This document shows, in pieces, positions 37,167 to 47,403 of a stretch of DNA of 64,000 bases. Below the pieces are notes generated by a model. It was given only the letters and a program-made list of their open reading frames with translations. It was not told the origin of the DNA and did no database searches. The DNA is from Azolla caroliniana (Eukaryota > Plantae > Polypodiophyta), in the NCBI GenBank assembly GCA_043228905.1, contig JBHGNT010000018.1, forward strand, positions 9,672,001 through 9,736,000, read 5' to 3'. The position numbers and the translations under genes were made by a program. Every line of letters begins with the position of its first letter. Position 1 is the stretch's first letter.

Positions 37167-38704
37167 TCATCGTAGCCGAAATCTCACTTCTTCTCTTCTT
37201 GGCACGTACCGGAGGACGTGCGGTTTGGTGGCGGTGGATGTCGTGAAGATTTTCGGCAATAGTGTGAAAATCCCATAAAACGTACAAAATCGAGTATGAA
37301 TCATGTAATACAATAATTGTGAAGATAACATTTTTAAAATCTAAGTACAAAATGATGGAGGTTTCGAATGCACCTTATTACACGAGAAATGGACAACTAA
37401 ATGTCAAGATATGAGGGTATAAAGTTTCTGAAAAGAAAAGAGAAAATTGTGAGATATCCCACATAGGCACGACAAATACGGCTCTCATCATATATAAGGT
37501 GGAGCAAAAGATACTATTTTTGTGTCTATGTGTGGAGCATAGAGAGTTCAAGGTAACTTGAACTTAGATTGGAGGTGGCTAGCTACTCGAAAAGGGTTTT
37601 GGCCAACCAAAACCAGACCGGCGATGGAGCCGGTGATCCGACGGCATCTGACCGCAATTCGGATGTGGCATCCGGCGGCGGCATCCGGCGGAGGCACCGG
37701 TATCCGGCGACGGTATCCGGCGAACCGACGACTAGATAAAATAAATATATAAAAATATATACATATACAAGGAGGGCAAGTATGGATTCGAACCTTGCAC
37801 CTCCAAGTTAGGAGTCAAATGGCTTACCATTAAGCCATAGTATTTAGTTGAAATTATATTTCTATCATTGTACTTTTACATGTAAATTCTCATCCATGAG
37901 TGCTAAAATGAGTGACATGGTTAGCATGCACCACATGTAATACTTAAGCGCCAAATGGCAAACATGCAATTTATGCATGTCTTGTACCCTCACATGCATC
38001 ATATGCATGAGAGCATTTATAAAAGAGGGAAGGGGGAGGAGAAAAACACGGTTTTTTTTGTATGAAAATTAAGAGGAAGAAATTCGTTATCAAATCAATT
38101 GTGTATCTCAACTTCTCTCTTTCCCAATCTATCTTAAGTACTTTCTCGCCAAAGCTTGTATCGACTCTAAATCCTTCCGGTCCAGAACCCCGGTGGTTCC
38201 GCCTCACGATCCGCGCGTAGTGACGGATCTTCACGACATAATAAAGTTACCAAATGATGTCGCGAAGATTCGCGCGTGCGTGTGCTACTCGAGCGACCAC
38301 CGGGGTCTTGGACTGGGGAGGATGTTCACGGAATTATCGAAGAGATGACGATCAATGTAAGATTAGACGAAATTTGTTCACTTGAGAAGAAGAAAGATTG
38401 TACACTTGAGAAGTAGAAAAATATGAAGAAGATAAAGACAAATATAATTATATTGATGATAATGGTGTTGGTGATATCACATATTGAGCCCCCCATACAC
38501 AAGCCCAACTAGAGGCTTTTATAGGTCTTTCCATGCTTGTGACATGCACAAAACCATGGGCTAAAACCATGGTTTTGTGCACACGGTTTTGCTTATGTCA
38601 TGCACAAACCATGGGTTTAAAACCATGGTCTTGTGCACATGGTTTTCTATGGTTGTTTCGTCTATAATTTGTATATGAAAAGGAAATACATAAAATCTAC
38701 ACTA

Positions 38705-38780
38705 TATGATAGTTGTCCTAGTGGTAAGGCAATTATCTTGTATCTTAGAGGTGCAAGGTTCAAACCTTGCTTGCACCCCT
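38705..38780 (+). promoter_or_regulatory. tRNA-like Pol III cassette in LTR B (second copy ~41587-41662)
   Basis: Box A-like TGTCCTAGTGG (38714-38724); box B inside hairpin GCAAGG-TTCAAA-CCTTGC. Confidence 0.55.
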
Positions 38781-38980
38781 TTGTATGAACTCAAGTGCCA
38801 CTAGGCCTTAGGAGGCTTATTTGCTAAGTGTATGTGCAATGTATCACATCCTTGGTTTATTCGTCTCACTCGGTTTCACACCGTAGCCGAAAATCGTCAC
38901 GACATCCACCCCCACCAAACCCGCACATCCTCCGGTATGTGCCGAGAAAGGTGAAGAGGTGAGATCTTTGGCAACGGTGA

Positions 38981-41095
38981 TCAACCGAGTTCCTCTGCAC
39001 GCTCGTCGACCTCGTCTGACTTCGTCTTCCACTTCAAGTATGCGCAATCTTTCCAACCGAACCACCGTAGCCACCCGATCCACCATATCCGGCGCTCACA
39101 CCTTCTTCCCCGATCGGTTGTAGTAGATCTACTAAACGATGTCGTCGATACGACCGCTCTTCCTTCGTCCATCGCGTTTTTCCTTCGATTGGGTTCCTGG
39201 CCACTCCTCGCGCTCACCGTCTTCAACCGGGTGTTGTGGATCGTTCGTGTCCATCTTCGATTATGCCAGGTTTGCCCTTCTCCGGATCGGTCTCCGCTGA
39301 TCACTTCTTGGCTCGGTTGGCCTTCGTCTACATTCGCATTTCCCCGAGTCGGCCTCGACCGATTGATTCTGGCTGGGTCGACCCCCTTTTGGATTGGAAT
39401 CGTTTGATCGATTTTCGCCGAATTAGGTTTCGGCCGGGTCGGCCCCGGTCGATCGGCTCCCATGTGGATCTTCCTTCGTTCGGGCCGGAATCTCGGCCGG
39501 ATCGTCTTCCGGTCCGACCGGTTCTTGACTCTTCCTTCCTTCCCGCATGCAACCTCTCCATCGAACTCAACCGCAGCTTCATCCTTGGCCTGCTCGTCGG
39601 CCATATCCTTCCCTCCGTGTATGCTCGCCGCGAGCCATATTGTCTCCTCTTCGCCACGTCCTTTATCTTCGGTCTTATGTCGACACACGGTCTCGACTGT
39701 TGAAGTCTCCGGAACCGGTGTGAAGGAATCCCTTCGTTCATTTACCTTGTCTTCCTCATCACCCTTCCGGTCGTCCGCTTTTCCGTCGACACATTCCGTC
39801 TCTCCGGTCTCACGTTGGCGCACGTGCGCAACCGCCGAAGTCTCTAGAATAGGTGTGGGTATATCCTTTCTTCCTCGATCTTCTTCCTCCTTGTGTTGGG
39901 CCTTCATCTTCCCATCACCACCTTCCGTCTCTCCGGTCTCACATTGGCACATGAGTGCAACCGCCGAAGTCTCTGGAACAATCGTGGAGAAAGTCTTAAC
40001 ATGGCTATCCGTTGTCGACTCGTCCATAGCCACCTCCGACTCAATGTCGTTTGTCATGGCTACCTCCTCAATCTCTTCAGACTCAAACACTTTTTCTCCC
40101 TCAATCATGCAACCTTTTCTCATGCTTGCGCCGTCATCACCCGATGTTTCGTACACAATGCGTGTTCCGAAACATTTATCCTCCCTCGAAGTGGCGTTCG
40201 CCGTCCTTGAGTCATCAGCCTCCTCCTTGGCCGTCGTTTCTTCGTAAGACAAGAAGATGACTTGTTTCGCACCTTCTCTCTCGGTACCGTCATACCGAAC
40301 CTGAGCCTTTGTATCAGCCACTTCATTAACCCGCATTTGTTGGGAGGTCTCTTCTTCCTCGATCACCATTCGCCTCGGTTTTGTCTCCCTTTTAAGCTTC
40401 ATTTCTTTTGTTGGTGGCGCGTTGTTGCATCTCGTCCCTCTTCGATCGTCCCTCATGGGTCGTCTTGTTGTCGTCGATATTCTCGCTTGCCCCTTATCGT
40501 GTAGTCGGCATACACTTTCCACTTTGCTCCAATCCTCAATGAGGCCATTTGCACCATCATCTTCTTCGAGTTTGAGGCCGATCGCCATCCTTTCCATTCG
40601 ATCGATTGACTTCACGAACATAAGGACCTTATCGACCCCCACCAATCTTTGTTCCCGCTCCGACAATTGAGAAAAATGATGCTCGAAGTCTACGAATGCT
40701 TGTGTCGCACCTTGGTGGGTCTTCGCTGATGTCACCCATTGGTCGAAGTTGCGTCGATCTCGTCCCTTCAGTCTCTCATAGCCATATTCCTCCAATAGAG
40801 CCTTCTCGAAAGTCGCCCACGAATCATGAGCTTCTAGAAGCTCTTTTACATCTTTGAAGATCGGTTGAGACACCACCCGACAAAAGTACTCTAGCCTCAT
40901 AGCTTTGTCCACACCTCTTGAATCCATCTCCGCATTGTAGACTTTTAGGAAACTTTGGACTTCGGCACCGTTGAAATAGCTCATTCGTTCGACTACCTTG
41001 TCGACGGCTTGTTGGGCTTCATTTCTTCTTTTCCCTTCTCTCAGAAACTCCATCATCCTTTTTGACATTGCCTCCATGAGATATTCGCCATCCAT
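38981..41095 (-). CDS. Gag-like protein with long acidic/repetitive tail (704 aa, intact)
   Basis: First ~205 aa align with Gag A (AVDKVV..FNG..FL; DKVLMFVKSID..LEEDDGANGLIEDW); no zinc knuckle or enzyme motifs. Confidence 0.85.
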   Translation of the reverse strand: MDGEYLMEAMSKRMMEFLREGKRRNEAQQAVDKVVERMSYFNGAEVQSFLKVYNAEMDSRGVDKAMRLEYFCRVVSQPIFKDVKELLEAHDSWATFEKALLEEYGYERLKGRDRRNFDQWVTSAKTHQGATQAFVDFEHHFSQLSEREQRLVGVDKVLMFVKSIDRMERMAIGLKLEEDDGANGLIEDWSKVESVCRLHDKGQARISTTTRRPMRDDRRGTRCNNAPPTKEMKLKRETKPRRMVIEEEETSQQMRVNEVADTKAQVRYDGTEREGAKQVIFLSYEETTAKEEADDSRTANATSREDKCFGTRIVYETSGDDGASMRKGCMIEGEKVFESEEIEEVAMTNDIESEVAMDESTTDSHVKTFSTIVPETSAVALMCQCETGETEGGDGKMKAQHKEEEDRGRKDIPTPILETSAVAHVRQRETGETECVDGKADDRKGDEEDKVNERRDSFTPVPETSTVETVCRHKTEDKGRGEEETIWLAASIHGGKDMADEQAKDEAAVEFDGEVACGKEGRVKNRSDRKTIRPRFRPERRKIHMGADRPGPTRPKPNSAKIDQTIPIQKGVDPARINRSRPTRGNANVDEGQPSQEVISGDRSGEGQTWHNRRWTRTIHNTRLKTVSARSGQEPNRRKNAMDEGRAVVSTTSFSRSTTTDRGRRCERRIWWIGWLRWFGWKDCAYLKWKTKSDEVDERAEELG

Positions 41096-41786
41096 CTTCG
41101 TCCTCCCCTGCTGCTCTTAACGTCGGGTTCACCAAATGATGTCGCGAAGATTCGCGCGTGCGTGTGCTACTCGAGCGACCACCGGGGTCTTGGACTGGGG
41201 AGGATGTTCACGGAATTATCGAAGAGATGACGATCAATGTAAGATTAGACGAAATTTGTTCACTTGAGAAGAAGAAAGATTGTACACTTGAGAAGTAGAA
41301 AAATATGAAGAAGATAAAGACAAATATAATTATATTGATGATAATGGTGTTGGTGATATCACATATTGAGCCCCCCATACACAAGCCCAACTAGAGGCTT
41401 TTATAGGTCTTTCCATGCTTGTGGCATGCACAAAACCATGGGCTAAAACCATGGTTTTGTGCACACGGTTTTGCTTATGTCATGCACAAACCATGGGTTT
41501 AAAACCATGGTCTTGTGCACATGGTTTTCTATGGTTGTTTCGTCTATAATTTGTATATGAAAAGGAAATACATAAAATCTACACTATATGATAGTTGTCC
41601 TAGTGGTAAGGCAATTATCTTGTATCTTAGAGGTGCAAGGTTCAAACCTTGCTTGCACCCCTTTGTATGAACTCAAGTGCCACTAGGCCTTAGGAGGCTT
41701 ATTTGCTAAGTGTATGTGCAATGTTGCACATCCTTGGTTTATTCGTCTCACTCGGTTTCACACCGTAGCCGAAAATCGTCACGACA

Positions 41787-44397
41787 ACGTCACGGGTAGA
41801 AATTGGACAGCTTGGAAATCGGCACAAGAGAGACTATCGGCGACCAAATTGGTTACACCTTTTTGATAGGAGAGGGTAAACTGATAATCTTGAAGTGCCA
41901 ACGTCCATCGCAACAAGTGGCCCGGAGGATGAGGTAGATGAATAAGAGAAAGTAAGGGTCGGTGGTCATTCTCAACCGTAACATGCCCGCCATGAAGGTA
42001 TGGGTGAAGACGCTGGAAAGACCAAACGATCCCAAGTAGTTCCTTCTCAGTGGTTGGTTCCATTCAGCCTGCGTGAGAGTTCAGCTAATGAAGGCGACCG
42101 CCTTCTCTTGCCCATGGCAATCAGTTTGCAGGAGGACGGCTCCTAACCCATGGTTAGAGGCATCTGTCTACGACGTAAACGGGTGGTCAAAGTTAGGATG
42201 GGCGAGCAAACCCTGATTCCTAGACCGTTTTTTTGAGGCGACGAAAGTTGTCTTCGCAAGCAGGATCCCAAACGAATGACACACCTTTCTTCAGGAGATG
42301 ACAGAGGGGGGAAAGGGACCAAGGCGAGGTTCCCAAGTGGCAGTGTGGATAAGGATGTCGTCGAGATAAACGAGGAGGACGGCAAAGATGGAGTTTGCCA
42401 TGCATTGGAATGTGCTGCCGGCATCAGACAAGCCAAACGGCATGTGGGTGAACTGGAACAGCCCACGTCTTGTGCAAAATGCGGTCTTGTAGGCATCAGA
42501 CGGCTTTAAGGGGATCTGCCAATATCCTGAGGCTAAGTCAAGGGAGGTGAAATAACAGGAGCCCCTGAGCTGGTCCAAGAAGTCGTCCACGCGAGGGAGC
42601 GGGTAGAGGTCATGGATCGTCACTTTGTTGAGAGGCCTAAAGTTGATGTAGAAGTGGAAGGTGCCATCATCCTTCTTGACGAGGTAGGGTTCAAAAACCC
42701 AATCACCGGTGGAAGGAATGATAATACCTTTGGTGAGCATATCGGTGACAGCAGCATCGATGCGATCGTGGTCGAGGGGGGAACGTCGACGTGTAGCCAT
42801 GCGAATGGGAGCGGCATCCCTAGTACGAATGACATGTTGTACCGGGAAAGAGACAGTACTGGCATGCGTGGGTTGGGGGGCTAGTGACGGAAAACGAGCT
42901 AACAATTGGAGTACGGAGATTAACCCTCCTTGGGACTGAGGCCCACCTAGACTTGGCTAACGTGGGGGACATGGGGGCTACCGTGTAGGAGGGGGATAGG
43001 GGGAGCTTGTGGGACAATTTGTTTGTGAGCATCGAAATCAATCATAGTATGACACTTGAGGAGCCAATTGCAACCTAAGGTGAGGGGGAAGAGTTGGTGG
43101 GGCAAGACATAAAAGTGGTGTGAGAATGTGAGAGTGCCTAAGGTAACAGTGCAGTGGGCTTGCGTGCGAGAGTGGTATAGATGTTGGTGATCGCCAAAAA
43201 GGACTTGGATGGAAGGAACGGTGGTTGTGGGGAGGTCTAATTGGTGAACTAAGGCAGTGCTAATTGTAGAGATACTACTACCAGAGTCTAATAGGATGGT
43301 GTGTGTGGAGTGATTAATGGTGGCGAGAGCAGTGCCTACCTGTGAACTAGAAGAGGCGGATGCTTGGACATCGGGGGCTGGCTCTTCCATCAGGACCCCA
43401 GGAGTTAGTTTCCCGGAAGGTCAACCAACGATGTTGCGTCAGCCATGGTTATCTGGCCTTGCTGCTTGTGAGATTGTTGCTGCAATTTCCGGCAATAATG
43501 TCGGACATGTCCATAATTGTGTCCTTGGGCATCGTGATTAGGAAGGTTTCGGCGAGTCTACATCTGCACGTTTTGGATGTCAATGTCCATGGGGGTCGCT
43601 CCTTGGTACTACGCACGCAAGTCCGTCGATGGTGGAGGGGGCTCTCGTGGTTGGGAGTCAGATAGCATACAAGCTTCGATGCGTTGGGCAATTAGGATCG
43701 CATCGTTGAAGATCTTGGGACCTTGGTCCCGGGCCCGGTGAGTGATGTCAGGGCGCAGACGGGGCCATAAGAAGAAAACCTTGACATGCTCGGGCATGGT
43801 TGGATCGGCACGAATGAGGAGTTGATTTAGGTGAACACCAAATTGGCCTACTGGTTCGTGTGCTTGTTGTTGCAACGTCTCGAGTTGTTGCACTGCCATT
43901 TGGGACGAATTTTGATGGGCGAAGTTTTGCACGAGGAGATCCCGGAGGATCACCCAGTTCTCCGTCACTTCGTTGGCTTGTTGCACGTACCAAGTGGCGG
44001 CACCATTTTCGAGCAAGGTGTGAACTTCCAAAGCCTTGCGCTCATCAGACCATTTGTGGTAACCTGAGATCATCTCAAAGTGATCCAACCATGCTAAGAC
44101 GTCCTCAGATGGCAAGCCGGAGAAGGACTTTGGGCGAACCTTGGAAATTGGCCGATCTGGAGACCGATCGTTGGTAGTGGAGAGGAAGGAGAGCATAGCT
44201 TGGTTCGTGTGGCTGATTTGAAGCATGGAGTTGGAGAGGAGCTGGAGGAGTTGCTCCATTTGTAAAGGGGGTGGTCGTTCGTGAGGTTGCGAGAACGCAG
44301 GCTCCATCAAGGTATCGACGTTTGTGGCGACGGGAGGGAATTGGGATGCCATGAATGAGGTGGTAATGGCTAAAATTTTACCCTGCTTCTCCACCAA
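41787..44397 (-). pseudogene. gag-PR-RT-RNase H remnants of Gypsy D
   Basis: Broken ORFs with PKSFSGLPSEDV, LLDSGSS, LDLASGYWQ, MPFGL, YLDD, ENDHRPL. Confidence 0.88.
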
Positions 44398-44508
44398 TTA
44401 TATGAAATCCACATAAAAGGAAACCAAACCAACTTGCCTAGCTTCTTACTTATCATTCAATTTGTCGTTCAACCAAACCAACCCTGGTTTGAGCTTTGTG
44501 GCTTGGTT

Positions 44509-44608
44509 NNNNNNNNNNNNNNNNNNNNNNNNNNNNNNNNNNNNNNNNNNNNNNNNNNNNNNNNNNNNNNNNNNNNNNNNNNNNNNNNNNNNNNNNNNNN
44601 NNNNNNNN
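44509..44608. other. Assembly gap (100 N)
   Basis: Run of N. Confidence 1.
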
Positions 44609-44609
44609 A

Positions 44610-47222
44610 CTTTTTGATAGGAGAGGGTAAACTGATAATCTTGAAGTGCCAACGTCCATCGCAACAAGTGGCCCGGAGGATGAGGTAGATGAATAAGAGA
44701 AAGTAAGGGTCGGTGGTCATTCTCAACCGTAACATGCCCGCCATGAAGGTATGGGTGAAGACGCTGGAAAGACCAAACGATCCCAAGTAGTTCCTTCTCA
44801 GTGGTTGGTTCCATTCAGCCTGCGTGAGAGTTCAGCTAATGAAGGCGACCGCCTTCTCTTGCCCATGGCAATCAGTTTGCAGGAGGACGGCTCCTAACCC
44901 ATGGTTAGAGGCATCTGTCTACGACGTAAACGGGTGGTCAAAGTTAGGATGGGCGAGCAAACCCTGATTCCTAGACCGTTTTTTTTGAGGCGACGAAAGT
45001 TGTCTTCGCAAGCAGGATCCCAAACGAATGACACACCTTTCTTCAGGAGATGACAGAGGGGGGAAAGGGACCAAGGCGAGGTTCCCAAGTGGCAGTGTGG
45101 ATAAGGATGTCGTCGAGATAAACGAGGAGGACGGCAAAGATGGAGTTTGCCATGCATTGGAATGTGCTGCCGGCATCAGACAAGCCAAACGGCATGTGGG
45201 TGAACTGGAACAGCCCACGTCTTGTGCAAAATGCGGTCTTGTAGGCATCAGACGGCTTTAAGGGGATCTGCCAATATCCTGAGGCTAAGTCAAGGGAGGT
45301 GAAATAACAGGAGCCCCTGAGCTGGTCCAAGAAGTCGTCCACGCGAGGGAGCGGGTAGAGGTCATGGATCGTCACTTTGTTGAGAGGCCTAAAGTTGATG
45401 TAGAAGTGGAAGGTGCCATCATCCTTCTTGACGAGGTAGGGTTCAAAAACCCAATCACCGGTGGAAGGAATGATAATACCTTTGGTGAGCATATCGGTGA
45501 CAGCAGCATCGATGCGATCGTGGTCGAGGGGGGGAACGTCGACGTGTAGCCATGCGAATGGGAGCGGCATCCCTAGTACGAATGACATGTTGTACCGGGA
45601 AAGAGACAGTACTGGCATGCGTGGGTTGGGGGGCTAGTGTCGGAAAACGAGCTAACAATTGGAGTCGGAGATCTGTACTGATGTTACACCTAATTGACAG
45701 TGAATGACTAAGTTGGGGACATGGGGGTACTGAGTAAGTGGTGGGGGATAGGGGGAGTTGTGGTGATGAATTTGTTTGAGCATCGAATCAATCATAGTAT
45801 AACTTGAGAGCAGTTGCTTGACCTAAGGTGAGGGGGAAGAGTTTGTGGGGCATAAAGTTGTGATGAAGTGGTTGAGATGTGAGAGTGCTAAGGTACGTGC
45901 GTGGGCTTGAGTGAGAGTGTATAGATGTATAGGTTGTGATGCAAGACTGGTGGAAGTTGTGGGGAGGTCTATTGAGTGGGTGATTGAAGAAGTGACTAAT
46001 TGAGATGTTAGCTGTAGGTCTAATGATGGTGTGTGTGGAGTATTGAGTGAAGTAAGGTTTGTTTGTAGTGATGATCTAGAAGAGGCGGATGCTTGACATC
46101 GGGAGTATGCTTACCTGCTGAGTGTCAACAACTGTGGATTATTTCGAGTCACAGGAATTGGTTGCTTGTAAGCTGAGCTTGCTTGTAGATTGTTGCATTT
46201 CCGGATCAAGAATGTCGGACATGTCCATATTGTGTTCCTTGGGCATCGTGATTAGGAAGGTTTCGGCGAGTCTACATCTGCACGTTTTGGATGTCAATGT
46301 CCATGGGGGTCGCTCCTTGGTACTACGCACGCAAGTCCGTCGATGGTGGAGGGGGCTCTCGTGTTGGGAGTCAGATAGCATACAAGCTTCGATGCGTTGG
46401 GCAATTAGGATCGCATCGTTGAAGATCTTGGGACCTTGGTCCCGGGCCCGGTGAGTGATGTCAGGGCGCAGACGGGGCCATAAGAAGAAAACCTTGACAT
46501 GCTCGGGCATGGTTGGATCGGCACGAATGAGGAGTTGATTTAGGTGAACACCAAATTGGCCTACTGGTTCGTGTGCTTGTTGTTGCAACGTCTCGAGTTG
46601 TTGCACTGCCATTTGGGACGAATTTTGATGGGCGAAGTTTTGCACGAGGAGATCCCGGAGGATCACCCAGTTCTCCGTCACTTCGTTGGCTTGTTGCACG
46701 TACCAAGTGGCGGCACCATTTTCGAGCAAGGTGTGAACTTCCAAAGCCTTGCGCTCATCAGACCATTTGTGGTAACCTGAGATCATCTCAAAGTGATCCA
46801 ACCATGCTAAGACGTCCTCAGATGGCAAGCCGGAGAAGGACTTTGGGCGAACCTTGGAAATTGGCCGATCTGGAGACCGATCGTTGGTAGTGGAGAGGAA
46901 GGAGAGCATAGCTTGGTTCGTGTGGCTGATTTGAAGCATGGAGTTGGAGAGGAGCTGGAGGAGTTGCTCCATTTGTAAAGGGGGTGGTCGTTCGTGAGGT
47001 TGCGAGAACGCAGGCTCCATCAAGGTATCGACGTTTGTGGCGACGGGAGGGAATTGGGATGCCATGAATGAGGTGGTAATGGCTAAAATTTTACCCTGCT
47101 TCTCCACCAATTATATGAAATCCACATAAAAGGAAACCAAACCAACTTGCCTAGCTTCTTACTTATCATTCAATTTGTCGTTCAAACCAAACCAACCCTG
47201 GTTTGAGCTTTGTGGCTTGGTT
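44610..47222 (-). repeat. Second copy of 41859-44508, probably an assembly overlap artefact
   Basis: Near-identical apart from homopolymer indels and a garbled block at ~45660-46240. Confidence 0.85.
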
Positions 47223-47403
47223 GCGCGAACGATATGACTCGATTCAAGGGGAATTAGATGAAGCAGAAAGGGTGGCTCAACGGAACACATGTACACCATA
47301 GCATGAAGGCATGCATGCTAAACAAGGGTATGTTAAAAGGGGCACAAAGGAACACATGCACACCCAACATGAAGGCATGCACTTGCATCCAAGGGACACC
47401 ACA

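Larger units (their letters stand above)
29999..38238 (+). mobile_element. Full-length tRNA-Trp-primed Ty3/Gypsy element A; LTRs 29999-30982 and 37239-38238
   Basis: TGTCG..CGACA LTR pair; PBS TGGTGAACCCGACGTGA at 30991-31007 complementary to the plant tRNA-Trp 3' end; order gag-PR-RT-RH-INT. Confidence 0.96.
38258..41786 (-). mobile_element. Non-autonomous gag-only LTR element B (TR-GAG-like); LTRs 38258-38904 and 41140-41786
   Basis: Two 647-bp LTRs with about 3 differences; tRNA-Trp PBS at 41120-41134; G-rich PPT; a single ORF and no pol. Confidence 0.93.
23082..47403 (-). mobile_element. Ty3/Gypsy element D (tRNA-Ala-like PBS), degenerate host of nested insertions; 3' LTR 23082-23318 + 28638-28692, 5' LTR 47112-47403
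   Basis: ATAT TSD (23078-23081, 47404-47407) restores the satellite unit; PBS TGGTGGAGAAGCAGGG; PPT CTCAAGGGGGAAA; gag PKSFSG, PR LLDSGS, RT YLDD, RNase H EKELLGIV, integrase GWDF..GNKYIL. Confidence 0.9.

Noticed and set aside
39462-40247. 261-aa Ser-rich plus-strand ORF and other long antisense ORFs over TE genes
   Set aside because: Shadows of Glu/Lys/Arg-rich sense ORFs, with no independent motifs
41859-47222. Apparent tandem duplication or three-LTR form of Gypsy D
   Set aside because: The copies meet exactly at a 100-N gap, differ mainly by homopolymer indels, and the second contains an error-like garbled block (~45660-46240); most likely an unmerged contig overlap
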